From Methylotenera sp. (GTDB lineage: Bacteria > Pseudomonadota > Gammaproteobacteria > Burkholderiales > Methylophilaceae): a stretch of 64,000 bases of DNA. The stretch's first letter is position 1. Each line of letters begins with the position of its first letter. The position numbers and the translations under genes were made by a program. The stretch covers positions 7,142-71,141 of the forward strand of contig JBKJIJ010000021.1 in NCBI GenBank assembly GCA_046598525.1, written 5' to 3'. Positions 40,860 through 52,200 of the stretch are shown piece by piece. Below the pieces are notes generated by a model, which did no database searches, was not told the origin of the DNA, and saw only the letters and a list, made by a program, of their open reading frames with translations.

Positions 40860-41324
40860 TTATTTAACGGGTTTTTCCAGCTGAATAAAGCGCGTGTTAA
40901 GCATTCTATCGTGCAGATATAAACGGTTTTTATCCACCAAAGCCCATAAAAAACCCAAGCCAAACACACAGGCAGATAAGCTTGCCAACACATAGCGCAA
41001 CATGGCTTGCTGGGTGCTTAATACGTTACCCGCTTGATTAACCAACTGCATGCGCCACGTTTGCATAGCCAAAGTTTGCCCGCTTTTGCGCCAACACCAT
41101 ACAAAATAAATGCCTGTTACTAGCCATAAAACAATCTGCAAAAACAAGCGTTTATACGATTGCGTGGCATCGCCAAACAACAGTACAAAAATCCATGCGC
41201 TTATAAACCATAAGGCCATTAATAACAGCAATTCGTACACACAAGCGGCTAATAGCTTGAAGTAGCCGATTTTACTATTTGGGTTAATGTTGGCTTTACT
41301 GGAATTTTCGGGCATTTTGTTCAT
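40860..41324 (-). CDS. RDD family membrane protein
   Basis: GQTLAMQTWR, LHDR motifs. Confidence 0.85.
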   Translation of the reverse strand: MNKMPENSSKANINPNSKIGYFKLLAACVYELLLLMALWFISAWIFVLLFGDATQSYKRLFLQIVLWLVTGIYFVWCWRKSGQTLAMQTWRMQLVNQAGNVLSTQQAMLRYVLASLSACVFGLGFLWALVDKNRLYLHDRMLNTRFIQLEKPVK

Positions 41325-41362
41325 TTAAACTTTCAATAATTAGTAAAGATTTAGCACGGAAA

Positions 41363-41390
41363 AAAGCCCGCAATTTTAAATGCGGGCTTT
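41363..41390 (-). terminator. Intrinsic terminator after the ECF sigma operon
   Basis: AAAGCCCGCA-N8-TGCGGGC followed by a T run on the minus strand. Confidence 0.85.
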
Positions 41391-41408
41391 ATAAACGGTG
41401 CTTTTTGC

Positions 41409-41924
41409 TTACTCTAAATCAGGCGAATATTCTAACTCTGGTGAATCTTTGCGTAATTTTTGCCGCTCAACTTCTGATAACTTTTGGTAATCGGCCCACT
41501 TTTTACGCACTTCGTCTTTTTTCTCTGGACTTAACGCATAAAACTGCTGATAACGCTTACGCGCGTTTTCGCGTTCATACGGTGTCATGCGGCTCCAGCT
41601 ATTTAAGCGCTTTTGCACGCGCTGTTGTTTTTGCGCATCCATTTTTGGGTAATCGGCAGCAATATCCAGCATTTTTTCACGCTGCCATGGGCGCAGGGTA
41701 TCCCACTCAGAACCCAAAGGCGCTAACACTTTACGCTGATCGGCCGATAGCTCGGCCCAAGTTTTTGATTGCGCTTCACCATTATCGGCAAGTGATGATT
41801 TAATACTGCCAATATCGCCCATTGCCAAGTAAGTTGGCGGTGCAATCGGCATATTTTCTTGTGCGTTTACTTGCGCATAAAATGGCGCAACAGCTAATAA
41901 TAGCGATAAAAATAGTTTATTCAT
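41409..41924 (-). CDS. DUF3106-family exported protein
   Basis: Signal peptide; repeated WAELSADQR / WDTLRPWQR / WSRMTPYER helices. Confidence 0.8.
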   Translation of the reverse strand: MNKLFLSLLLAVAPFYAQVNAQENMPIAPPTYLAMGDIGSIKSSLADNGEAQSKTWAELSADQRKVLAPLGSEWDTLRPWQREKMLDIAADYPKMDAQKQQRVQKRLNSWSRMTPYERENARKRYQQFYALSPEKKDEVRKKWADYQKLSEVERQKLRKDSPELEYSPDLE

Positions 41925-41991
41925 TACACTTTTATTTTCTGAAAACTTAATTGATTAAACAACGGTAATTAAAGCACGAATTAATAAAACA

Positions 41992-42414
41992 CTAAAGTTT
42001 TGCATGCGTGTTATTTAACAAAGGCTCAAAGCCCCTATCCACAAAGGCTTCTGGTGGTAATTCTGCGCCCAATAAAAAGGCATCGCCATTTTCAGTTTGT
42101 GGGTTAAGTGATTGCATCAACACAAAGCCAGCGATTATTGCGCCAAGCAATAAGCCAGTTGAAGCAACGCGATGTTGATCGGCCCACGAAAATAAATGGC
42201 TGATAGTGCCGTCTGCGTTTACTGACACGCCAGATTGCTGCTGCGCATGTGCTTTTAAGGCTAACTCGCGGCTATTTTCAAGCTGTTTTAATGTGCGCAT
42301 GCTCAAATGGTCGGCGTGCGTATTCAACATGCCGGCAATTTGCTTGGCTTGTTCATCGGTCAAACTTAATTCTTGCTGATTATTAGTCTCTTGATTTAAG
42401 GGTTTCATTGTCAT
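41992..42414 (-). CDS. DUF3619-family protein (probable membrane anti-sigma factor)
   Basis: ATG overlaps the sigma TAA, with an AGGAG SD; RLENSRELAL-like helix, one TM, ELPPEAFVDRGF. Confidence 0.75.
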   Translation of the reverse strand: MTMKPLNQETNNQQELSLTDEQAKQIAGMLNTHADHLSMRTLKQLENSRELALKAHAQQQSGVSVNADGTISHLFSWADQHRVASTGLLLGAIIAGFVLMQSLNPQTENGDAFLLGAELPPEAFVDRGFEPLLNNTHAKL

Positions 42415-43001
42415 TACTTTACTCCTAAATGTGCAATTGCGCGTGCGCCTAAGCCTTGCTTTTCTAGCAGGGCGGCCAAGGTATGCACTGCACGCGAGCA
42501 ATGTGTTTTAACACTGCCTTGCGAACAGCCCATCACTTCGGCGGTTTCTGCAACGTCCATATCTTCCCAGTAACGTAATATAAAGGCTTCACGTTGACGC
42601 GTTGGCAATTTTTCAATGGCTTTTTCGATGATTTTCATGGTTTGGCTTTGCTCAAGCTGTGCCATCGGATTAACAGATTCGTCTTCTACATCGATGGTAT
42701 CCAGCGGATCGTGGTCTTCTTCACCGTCTTGGCCTGCGCCAAAAGATGAAAGCAAGGTTGTCCACATATTGCGCACTTTTTGTCGGCGCCAAAAATCGCG
42801 CATGGTGTTTTGCAAAATACGCTGAAACAGCATGGGATATTCGGCGGCTGGTTTTTCCGCATATTTTTCGGCTAATTTAAGCATAGAATCTTGCACGATA
42901 TCCAGTGCCGCATGCTCATCGCGCACAGCATAAACCGTCTGCTTAAAAGCACGGCGCTCTACATCGCGCAAAAAATCGGATAATTCTTGAGAACTTGCCA
43001 T
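42414..43001 (-). CDS. ECF RNA polymerase sigma factor
   Basis: ALDIVQDSMLKL region 2; LPTRQREAFILRYWE...GSVKTHCSRA region 4. Confidence 0.93.
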   Translation of the reverse strand: MASSQELSDFLRDVERRAFKQTVYAVRDEHAALDIVQDSMLKLAEKYAEKPAAEYPMLFQRILQNTMRDFWRRQKVRNMWTTLLSSFGAGQDGEEDHDPLDTIDVEDESVNPMAQLEQSQTMKIIEKAIEKLPTRQREAFILRYWEDMDVAETAEVMGCSQGSVKTHCSRAVHTLAALLEKQGLGARAIAHLGVK

Positions 43002-43167
43002 GAAATTATTTTAAAAATCGGTATGTTTAGTATAACAGTTTTACTATTTTCGCAGATTGCGCTTTTTAAGCTTATATTAAGGCGCTGGCATTAAAAGGCA
43101 GGTTTCTATAAAGCGCCGTTTTTAGTTACAATCAATACTATTAAAAAATACATGTTTGAAGGTAATT

Positions 43168-43398
43168 ATGGCGCGCGTACTGTTATTAATTGTATTGGTT
43201 TGGTTGGTTTACGTGGTAATTAAACGCGCATTTTTTAGCCAAAATGCTAGCAACTCCACACAGCAAAACCCTCAACCAGAATCAGAGCAAAAAATGATTC
43301 AATGCGCTGCTTGTGGCATGCATGTGCCTGAATCGGAAAGCATTAAAAAAGACGATTTAGTGCTTTGCAACAATCCTGATTGCCATAAAAATCCTTAA
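43168..43398 (+). CDS. PP0621-family small membrane protein with Cys/His metal motif
   Basis: N-terminal TM, MIQCAACGMHVPESE...C...CH; precedes pilS; GAAGG SD. Confidence 0.8.
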   Translation: MARVLLLIVLVWLVYVVIKRAFFSQNASNSTQQNPQPESEQKMIQCAACGMHVPESESIKKDDLVLCNNPDCHKNP

Positions 43399-43403
43399 AT
43401 TCA

Positions 43404-45050
43404 ATGGCAATTCAGCTCACCCCCAATATTGATGACACGCTAACCGCCGCGCGCTGGCGCAGCTTAAAGCTATATAACGGCTATCGTTTGCTGATTGCCA
43501 TTTTATTTTTAATCACACAAAGCGCATTAGGCAATAACCCTTATTCTCAGAGTGTTGATGCCAGTTTGTTTTCTAGCTTGGTGCTGGCTTATTTTATATT
43601 TAGCTGCATATCGGGCCTATTAACTTGGCTAGAAAAGCCCAGTATTGATTACAACTTACCCACCCAAATCATCATCGAAATTGTGTTTATTGTGCTGTTA
43701 ATGCATGCGCAACAAGATGGCGTGATTGGCATTGGTTTATTGCTGATTATTACCATTGCCAGCGCCAGCCTGATTAGTGAAGGTCGCTTTGCCTTGTTTT
43801 ATGCGGCTTTAGCCACTATTGGTATTTTGCTTGAGCAATCGTATCAATTATTTTCAGCCTCAAAACCCGCACAAAATTACACCAATGCGGTCATGCTAAG
43901 CTTAAGTTGTTTTGCCACGGCGTGGCTGGCTTATAGCTTGGCTAAGCGCGTGCAACAAAGTGAATGGCTGGCGGCGCAGCGCGGTTTAGATGTGAAAAAT
44001 ATGGCGCAAATTAATGCGCTGATTACGCACGAAATGCAAGATGGTGTGTTGGTGGTTGATCAAAGCTTACAAATTAAGCATCACAATATTCAAGCCAAAC
44101 GCTTACTAGCACTTAATAATGAAGATAATGACCCAAGCAATTGGCAGGGAAAATCGCTGCAAACTATTTCGCCTGAAATTAGCGAAATGATTCGGCGCTG
44201 GATGTATGAACAATCGGTTCCAGAAGAATTTAGCCCGGCTAATACGTTAAAACTGAGTGTATTGTCACGCGAATTAAGGCTGCGATTATTGCCATTGGCT
44301 GAAGAAAGACAAGAAGGCGCAGTTATTTTTATTGAAGATTGGTCGCAAATGCAAACGCAGGCGCACCAAGTAAAATTAGCCGCATTGGGCCGCTTAACCG
44401 CCAATATTGCGCACGAAATTCGCAATCCGCTTAGTGCGATTAGCCATGCTAACCAATTGCTGCAAGAGGAAGAAGACAATAATCCAGCCACCACGCGCAT
44501 GTTGCAAATTATTGCCGATAATGTGCAGCGGCTTGATCAGATTATTAAAGATGTATTAGAGCTTAATCGCCGCGATCGCACCAATCAAGAGATGATTCAT
44601 CTTGAAAATTTTATGACCGATTTTTATTCGCAATTTTGCGCGGTCGAAAAAATTCCAGCGCCTTGTTTTAAGCTTTCGCTGCATAACAGCGATACCATGA
44701 TTGCGTTTGATAGACGTCACTTAAACCAGATTTTATGGAATTTATGCAAAAATGGTTGGCGCCACTCTAAAAATACTGAAAACAGCCTTAAGTTAACCGT
44801 TATAACCAGTAGCAAAAGACAAGACGTGCAAATTGAAATTACCGATGACGGTGAAGGCATACCAGAAAATGTGCGCAACCATTTATTTGAGCCATTTTTT
44901 ACCACAGAAAAATCGGGCACTGGCTTGGGGCTATATATTGCGCGCGAATTGGCCGATGCCAATGGCGCTAAATTGCAACTTAAAACATCCGCAAAAGCAA
45001 CAAACGCGCACATTGGCACGCAATTTATTATGTATATTAAAAAGGCTTAA
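43404..45050 (+). CDS. pilS: Sensor histidine kinase PilS
   Basis: Six TM segments, PAS-like region, AHEIRNPL, EPFFTT, GTGLGL; upstream of pilR. Confidence 0.88.
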   Translation: MAIQLTPNIDDTLTAARWRSLKLYNGYRLLIAILFLITQSALGNNPYSQSVDASLFSSLVLAYFIFSCISGLLTWLEKPSIDYNLPTQIIIEIVFIVLLMHAQQDGVIGIGLLLIITIASASLISEGRFALFYAALATIGILLEQSYQLFSASKPAQNYTNAVMLSLSCFATAWLAYSLAKRVQQSEWLAAQRGLDVKNMAQINALITHEMQDGVLVVDQSLQIKHHNIQAKRLLALNNEDNDPSNWQGKSLQTISPEISEMIRRWMYEQSVPEEFSPANTLKLSVLSRELRLRLLPLAEERQEGAVIFIEDWSQMQTQAHQVKLAALGRLTANIAHEIRNPLSAISHANQLLQEEEDNNPATTRMLQIIADNVQRLDQIIKDVLELNRRDRTNQEMIHLENFMTDFYSQFCAVEKIPAPCFKLSLHNSDTMIAFDRRHLNQILWNLCKNGWRHSKNTENSLKLTVITSSKRQDVQIEITDDGEGIPENVRNHLFEPFFTTEKSGTGLGLYIARELADANGAKLQLKTSAKATNAHIGTQFIMYIKKA

Positions 45051-45055
45051 CGTAA

Positions 45056-46447
45056 ATGGCGCAGTTTAATTGCTTGGTGGTAGATGATGAAACCGACATT
45101 CGTGAGCTGGTGGTTTTAACGCTAGAGCGCATGGATATTCGCGCCGATAGCGCCAGCAGCGTGACGGAAGCCAAGCAGCTTTTGGCCAGCCAAAGTTATG
45201 ATTTATGCTTAACCGATATGCGCCTACCAGATGGGCTGGGGCTAGAGTTGGTGCAACATATTGCGGCCAATTATATTGGGCTGCCAGTGGCGGTAATTAC
45301 CGCTTACGGCAGTGCTGAAAATGCGGTTTCAGCCTTAAAAGCCGGTGCATTTGATTATTTAACCAAGCCTATTTCGCTAAAACAATTGCGCCCATTGGTG
45401 GAATCCGCGCTTAAATTATCCAGCTCAGACGCTAAACAAACCAGCAATACGGTGGATTTAATTGGCCAATCGCCCGCCATGGATTATGTGCGCACCATGA
45501 TTGCAAAACTGGCGCGCAGCCAAGCGCCTGTGTACGTGAGCGGCGAATCGGGCAGCGGAAAAGAATTAGCCGCACGCTTAATTCACAGTAATAGCTCACG
45601 CCGCGATAAAAGCTTTGTGGCGGTTAACTGCGGCGCCATACCCGAAAATTTAATGGAAAGTGAATTTTTTGGCTATAAAAAAGGTGCTTTTACTGGCGCC
45701 GCGCAAGATACCTCTGGCTTATTTCAAGCGGCCAATGGCGGCACACTTTTTCTGGATGAAGTAGCCGATTTGCCACTAGCCATGCAAGTAAAATTATTGC
45801 GTGCCATTCAAGAGAAAAAGGTGCGCACCGTGGGCGGCACGCTAGAAGAAAGTGTGGATGTGCGCATTATTAGCGCCACCCATAAAAACCTTAGCGATAT
45901 GATGAGCAACGGCTTATTTCGGCAAGATTTGTATTACCGCTTGAATGTGATTCAGCTAAAAATGCCTGCGTTAAGAGATAGGCCTGAAGATATTCCTGAG
46001 CTGACGCAAAAATTATTGCACAAGCTGTGCGATGCACAATCGATTAGCGTGCCGATTTTGGAAGAAAGCGCTTCTAAATTGATTAGCAAACTGCCTTTTG
46101 ACGGCAATGTGCGTGAATTAGAAAACATGCTAGAACGCGCGCTGGCCTTGTGTGATGGCCAAAAAATCGGCGTAGATGACTTGTTTATGGATCATCAGCC
46201 TAAGCCAAATACGGATGACAAAGTGAGCTATGACCCAAGCAAATCGCCAGAAGTGGGCTTGCCAGAATATTTAGAAGACATTGAAAAACGCGCGATTTTA
46301 AAAGCATTGGCCAAAGCCAATAATAATAAAACCGCCGCGGCTAAATTGCTGGGAGTAAGTTTTAGAACGCTAAGGTATCGCTTAACCAAGCTGGGCTTGG
46401 CTAAGGATGATGATGCGGATATGACGGATGAAAGTTTGTACGATTAA
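45056..46447 (+). CDS. pilR: Sigma54-dependent response regulator PilR
   Basis: Receiver TDMRLP, GESGSGKE, GAFTGA loop, C-terminal Fis-type HTH. Confidence 0.9.
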   Translation: MAQFNCLVVDDETDIRELVVLTLERMDIRADSASSVTEAKQLLASQSYDLCLTDMRLPDGLGLELVQHIAANYIGLPVAVITAYGSAENAVSALKAGAFDYLTKPISLKQLRPLVESALKLSSSDAKQTSNTVDLIGQSPAMDYVRTMIAKLARSQAPVYVSGESGSGKELAARLIHSNSSRRDKSFVAVNCGAIPENLMESEFFGYKKGAFTGAAQDTSGLFQAANGGTLFLDEVADLPLAMQVKLLRAIQEKKVRTVGGTLEESVDVRIISATHKNLSDMMSNGLFRQDLYYRLNVIQLKMPALRDRPEDIPELTQKLLHKLCDAQSISVPILEESASKLISKLPFDGNVRELENMLERALALCDGQKIGVDDLFMDHQPKPNTDDKVSYDPSKSPEVGLPEYLEDIEKRAILKALAKANNNKTAAAKLLGVSFRTLRYRLTKLGLAKDDDADMTDESLYD

Positions 46448-46452
46448 TACAA

Positions 46453-47454
46453 TTAGCTAAGTGCTATAAACAAATAGGTAATATACATAGCGCCGTTAAC
46501 CAATAAATGCCAAACGCGTATGCCGCCTTTTGCCATTAAATAGCGCATCCAAACCGCCGCCAGCAAGGTAATGACAATGCCCCAAACCACTTCTTGGCGC
46601 GGCTCCCATGGCGTTAATGAGATACCAATGGCTGGTAACAATGTGCCTTGAAACACCATAGCGCCAGTAATATTACCAAACGCTAGCGTATCTTTACCTT
46701 TGCGAATCCACAAAATACTATTCACTTTTTCAGGCAATTCGGTGGCGATTGGAATAATCAATAACGACAGCATTAATGCTGAAATACCTAAAATCTGTGA
46801 GGCTTCTTCAACGCCATTAATAAAGCCTTTTGCGCCTGCAATTAACAATAACAAACCTAAAATAATTTGAATGCCAATAGTATAGCTATTGGTAGGAATA
46901 CCTAATCTGCTCATAAACATAGGGCTTTCGGCTTCTGTGGCATGGCCTTCTTCAACCAAATCTTTAGAGGCGCTTAACGTCATCCACACATAAACTACAT
47001 AAATTAGCACCATTAAAACGCCCAACATATGGCGCACAACAACGTTTTCGTGCGGCACATAAAGCGCACTGGCCGCTACAATAAAGGCAAAGATAAAAAA
47101 GTTTAAATCGCGCGTTAATCCTGTGCGCTCTGGGCGCAAGTGGCCATTGGTGCCGCGGCGTTTCCATACTGAAATCGCCATTAAACTAATTGAAAGCGTG
47201 GCTAACATTAGTGGCGCGCCTAAAATCGCTCCAACGCCAATTTCGTGATTGGTGGCCATGCTGGACGTACCAGCAAAAATCGCTAATAGCGGCACCATGG
47301 TTTCTGGCAAAGCCGTACCAACGGCGGCAAATAAAGAGCCGGTTACCCCTTCTGAAATGCCTAATTTTTCACCCAAATGTTCAAGCGCGTTAGTAAACAC
47401 CTCAGCCGCGATTAAAATAACAATCAGCATCATAAATAACTGTAAGAAAACCAT
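46453..47454 (-). CDS. Sodium:calcium antiporter (CaCA family)
   Basis: Two alpha-repeats GTALPE and ATELPE. Confidence 0.88.
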   Translation of the reverse strand: MVFLQLFMMLIVILIAAEVFTNALEHLGEKLGISEGVTGSLFAAVGTALPETMVPLLAIFAGTSSMATNHEIGVGAILGAPLMLATLSISLMAISVWKRRGTNGHLRPERTGLTRDLNFFIFAFIVAASALYVPHENVVVRHMLGVLMVLIYVVYVWMTLSASKDLVEEGHATEAESPMFMSRLGIPTNSYTIGIQIILGLLLLIAGAKGFINGVEEASQILGISALMLSLLIIPIATELPEKVNSILWIRKGKDTLAFGNITGAMVFQGTLLPAIGISLTPWEPRQEVVWGIVITLLAAVWMRYLMAKGGIRVWHLLVNGAMYITYLFIALS

Positions 47455-47547
47455 GCTTAAACATCTCTAGAAATTAGGTAAGATGTTATTTTATCGGATT
47501 AATCGTGGTTTTGACTAATAATCCTCTTTTTGACTAAATAATTCATC

Positions 47548-48096
47548 ATGTTGCACATCAACCCGCAAGGATTTATCACTAGCGCTACACAAATATGCTC
47601 GCCTAATTTTGATGCGCGGCCTTGTGCGGACGCCGCATCCCCAGAAATTAGCCTGATTGTGATTCACAATATTAGCCTGCCGCCCAGCCAATATGGCGGC
47701 AATGGCATTATTGAGTTATTTACCAATACGCTGAACCCAGATGAACACCCCTATTACGCGGAAATTTATACGCGTAAAGTGTCATCGCATTTTTTAATTC
47801 GGCGCGATGGCGAATTGGTGCAATTTGTGTCTTGCTTGCAGCGCGCGTGGCATGCAGGCGAATCAAATTGGTTGGGCCGTGAACGTTGTAACGATTTCTC
47901 TGTCGGAATTGAGCTGGAAGGCAGTGATTTTGAGGCGTTTGAGCCTGCGCAATACAAATCGCTGCAACAATTGCTAACACTTTTAAAACAGACTTACCCT
48001 ATTCAATATATTGTTGGCCATTCGGATATTGCGCCAGGGCGCAAAACCGATCCTGGCCCTTATTTTGACTGGTCAACTATTCAACAAAAAACTTAA
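47548..48096 (+). CDS. ampD: 1,6-anhydro-N-acetylmuramyl-L-alanine amidase
   Basis: VIHNISLPP, VSSHFLI, RAWHAG, GHSDIAPGRKTDPG. Confidence 0.96.
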   Translation: MLHINPQGFITSATQICSPNFDARPCADAASPEISLIVIHNISLPPSQYGGNGIIELFTNTLNPDEHPYYAEIYTRKVSSHFLIRRDGELVQFVSCLQRAWHAGESNWLGRERCNDFSVGIELEGSDFEAFEPAQYKSLQQLLTLLKQTYPIQYIVGHSDIAPGRKTDPGPYFDWSTIQQKT

Positions 48097-48109
48097 AAAT
48101 GCGAATCTT

Positions 48110-49216
48110 ATGCAAAAAAAAACGTTAACCGCCCACCATTATTTTAGCCGTCTTTTTATCAGCACCTTAATTGGCTTGAGTATTAGCGCCTGTAGCAAAG
48201 ATAAAGCAGAAGATGCAAAACCCGATACCGCGAATTTAAAATCCACCCAAATTAGTGTGGTTAAAGTAGATACCAAAAATCTATCCTTATATGAAGAATC
48301 GGTTGGCACTTTAGAAGGTGTGATTGACCCAACAGTGGCGGCTGAAATCGCGGCGCGAGTGTTAAAAGTGTTGGTGCATCCGGGCCAAACCGTTAAAAAA
48401 GGCGAAACAATTGCCTTGCTTGATGGCAGCGATTTTGGCTACCAACGCCAAGAATCACAATCTGAAGTGGCGCGTATTGAGGCGCTACTGGCCAATCAAT
48501 CCAGAGTGGTTGAACGCAATCGCGCCTTGGTTGATAAAAACTTTATATCAAAAAATGCGTTAGATGATGTCATTACGCAACAAAGCGCGCTTAAGCAACA
48601 ATTGGCCGGCGCCAAAAGCCGCATTGCCACCATTAATCATAACGGCTCTAAAGACCGCGTTGTTTCACCAACTGATGGCATTGTAGAAAAACAATTAGTA
48701 GAAACCGGCGATTTTGTACGCGTGGGCGACCCAATTGTGCAAATTATCAGCAAAAAATTGCTGCGCGCGCATATTCCTTTTCCTGAGCATATTGCCGCGA
48801 AATTAAAGCCCGGTTTAACCGTGATAATGACAACACCGACATCGCCCAAAGAAGTGCGCTCTTTGATTAACGAGCTAAAACCGCAAATTGTAGCCAACAG
48901 CCGCAGTATTGATGTGATTGCCGATATTCGCGATGAAGCGGATTGGCAGCCGGGTGCCAGCGTGAATGCGCGCGTAATTTTGGGTGATAGACCCAGCGCA
49001 ATTGTGGTGCCAGAGCAAAGTATTGTGCTGCGCCCTGCGGGTGAAGTGGTGTATGAAATTGTGAATAACGAAGCGTTGCAGCGCGTGGTTAAAACGGGCT
49101 TACAACAAAATGGCGGCATTGAGATTTTAGAAGGACTTAATGGCAGCGAAACGATTGCGGTGGATGGCGCGGCGTTTTTAACCGATAAAGCCAACGTCAA
49201 TATTATTAAACAGTAA
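48110..49216 (+). CDS. RND efflux periplasmic adaptor (lipoprotein)
   Basis: Lipobox LSISAC, biotinyl-lipoyl and hairpin regions; ATG 48110 avoids overlap with ampD. Confidence 0.88.
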   Translation: MQKKTLTAHHYFSRLFISTLIGLSISACSKDKAEDAKPDTANLKSTQISVVKVDTKNLSLYEESVGTLEGVIDPTVAAEIAARVLKVLVHPGQTVKKGETIALLDGSDFGYQRQESQSEVARIEALLANQSRVVERNRALVDKNFISKNALDDVITQQSALKQQLAGAKSRIATINHNGSKDRVVSPTDGIVEKQLVETGDFVRVGDPIVQIISKKLLRAHIPFPEHIAAKLKPGLTVIMTTPTSPKEVRSLINELKPQIVANSRSIDVIADIRDEADWQPGASVNARVILGDRPSAIVVPEQSIVLRPAGEVVYEIVNNEALQRVVKTGLQQNGGIEILEGLNGSETIAVDGAAFLTDKANVNIIKQ

Positions 49217-49270
49217 GCCTACCCAGCCAGCCCATTAGCTATAAAGAATCCTGAAAGCGCTACTTTTTAA

Positions 49271-52200
49271 ATGACATTACCTGAACTCTCGATTAAACGC
49301 CATGTGCTGGCTTGGATGCTTTCTGGCGTGTTGGTGCTGTTTGGCATTATTTCGTATCAGCGCATTGCCATTGACCGCTTTCCGCTGATTGAATTTCCGA
49401 TAATCACGGTTACCACCACGCTAAAAGGAGCTAATCCAGACATTATGGATACATCAGTGACTAGCGTGATTGAGTCGGCTCTGAACACCACCGCAGGCAT
49501 TGAGCACATACAATCCAGCTCCTCACCTGGCGCGTCAATTGTGGTGATCACCTTTAAGTTAGAAAAAGACATTAATGTGGCTTATAACGAAGTGCAGGCC
49601 AAGCTAAATCAAGTGATTCGCCGCCTGCCAACCGATATTGACCCACCTATTTTGCAAAAAGCCGAAACCAATGCAGAGCCTGTTTTGTGGCTGGCGTTAA
49701 GCGGCGATAGAACGATTCAGCAATTAAATGTGTATGCGCTTAATACGCTTAAAAAACAGCTGGAAACCATAGATGGCGTGGGTGAAGTGCAATTGGGTGG
49801 GCGGCGTGATCGCAATATTCGCGTGTTGCTAAAACCAGACCGCATGAACGCTTACAACGTGACCACCACGGATATTGTGAATGCGTTTAATCGCGAACAT
49901 ATTCAAGTGCCAGGTGGCTTTTTGGTTAGCCAAAGCGCAGAGCGTTTATTGAAGCTGGATTTAGAGTTTCATCGCCTGCCTGATTTAGCGGACATGGTAG
50001 TAATGCAGCGCGATGGGGTATCGGTTAAGCTAAAACAAGTGGCCAGTGTTGAAGATGGTCTGACCGATTTTAGGCAGCTTGCGCGCTTTAATGCCAAGCC
50101 AACCGTGGGTTTGGGCATTATTAAAGTGCCAAACTCTAATACGGTGGATATTATTGATGAAGTTGAACGCCGCCTAGAAAAAGAAATTCGGCCTAATTTA
50201 CCGCCCGGTATGAATGTTGAGGTATCGGCCAACGAAGCGCCATTTATTCGCGAAATGGTTAAAGCGCTACAAGAGCATTTGCTAGAAGGCACCTTGTTTG
50301 CCGCGTTAATTGTGCTGATATTTATGCGCTCGCTAAGCTCTACCTTGATGATTTGCTTAGAGATTCCCGTTTCATTATTAGGCGCGATTGCGGTGATGTA
50401 TTTTGCTGGCTACACCTTTAATAGCATGACACTACTGGCGCTATTGTTGCTGGTAGGCGTGGTGGTAGACGATGCCATTGTGGTGCGCGAAAGTATTATG
50501 CGGCATTTAAGCGGTGAGTTAGGCACTGGCCTAAAAGATGTGGATACCAGCAACCCCAAAGCGGTCATGGCGTTTCGCCAGCAAGCCACCATTAATGGCA
50601 GCCGCGAAATCGTGTTTGCGGTGCTGGCTTCATCGCTATCGTTAGTGTGTATTTTTGCGCCTGTGATTTTTATGGAAGGCATTATTGGTAAGTTTTTTGA
50701 AGCGTTTGCGGTGGTGGTTACGGTGGGCGTAGTGGTGTCACTATTTGTTTCACTTACCCTTACGCCAATGCTTTGCTCGCGCTATCTTTCTAGCAATACA
50801 GAGCATGGCAAGCTTTATCATTCGCTAGATGGTTTTTTTGCAGGCTTGGATAATTTCTACGCGCGGCTTTTAAATCTATCACTGATTCATCGCTGGAAAG
50901 TAGTCATCGTCACCATTTTAGTGGTGGCATCCAGCGCCTTCTTTTTTGGCGCGGTAACCAAAGAATTTGTGCCAGAAGCCGATGAAGGCAAATTTAATGT
51001 CAGTTTTAAAACACCACTGGGCTCAAGCCTAGAGTACACCAACACGCGTTTAGATTTAATCGAAAAAGTCATGCTTAAACATAACGATGACATCGCCAGC
51101 TTTTTCTCTGTGGTTGGCGCTGGCGCGCAAGGCCAAGTAAATGCTGGGCGCATTAGTGTGCGATTAAAAGATAGGCATGAGCGCGCCAATAGCCAAAAAG
51201 AGTTAATCGCAACCCTTAAAAAAGAGCTGGGTGATATACCTGGCGTGCAGGCCTATCCTGTGCCGGCCAGCATGGTGCGCGGTCAGCGGTCAGAAAAATT
51301 GCAATTTAATATTACCGGCCCCAGCATTGAAAACGTCAGCAAATACGCAAAAGCCATTCAGCAAAGGCTGGTAGGCATTGATGGCTTTGGCAAAGTGGAG
51401 TTAGATTTGCAGCTGGATTTACCGCAATTGAATATGCAAATTGATAGGGACCGCGCCGCAGGGTTTGGTATTACGGCGGCTGATATTGCCAACGCAGTCA
51501 GTGTGTATGCGGGCGGCATCAATGTGGCTAAATTTAATGATGCCGATGGCGATGGCCAGCGTTACGATATTCGCTTAAAAGCCGAAGATGGCAATTTTAA
51601 TCAAATTACCGATTTAAGTAAGATTTACCTGCGCGCCAATAATGGCGATTTGGTGCGCTTGGATAGCGTGGCGCAATTTAAACAAACCTTGGGTGCGGCC
51701 GTGATTGGCCGTTACGATTTGCAATACGCCGCCAACTTATACGCCAGCCCATCAATTCCGTTAGGTGAAGCGGTAACCGCCGTAGAAGCTGCTGCCAAAG
51801 AGATATTGCCTGCCGAATACAAATACAAATTATCGGGCCAAGCAGAAGAATTTGCCAAAACCTTTAAAAATGTATCGTTTATTTTTGCCTTGGCTTTATT
51901 GCTGTTATACATGGTTTTAGCCAGTCAGTTTAATTCATTCCTGCAACCGCTTATCGTCATGGTCGCACAGCCGCTAGCCATTATCGGCGGCGTATTTGCC
52001 TTGTGGCTAACCGGCAACAGCCTAAATATTTTCTCTATGATTGGCCTGGTTTTACTGATTGGCTTGGTCGCCAAAAACTCGATTTTGCTGGTCGATTTAA
52101 CCAATCAATTACGCGATGAAGGCCAATCCATCAATCAAGCACTACTAAACGCCTGCCCCATCCGCATGCGCCCAGTATTAATGACATCGCTCACCATTAT

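Noticed and set aside
46453-47454. Link between the CaCA antiporter and Ca/lanthanide supply for methanol dehydrogenase
   Set aside because: No mxa, xox or lanthanide-uptake genes nearby; nothing in the sequence supports it
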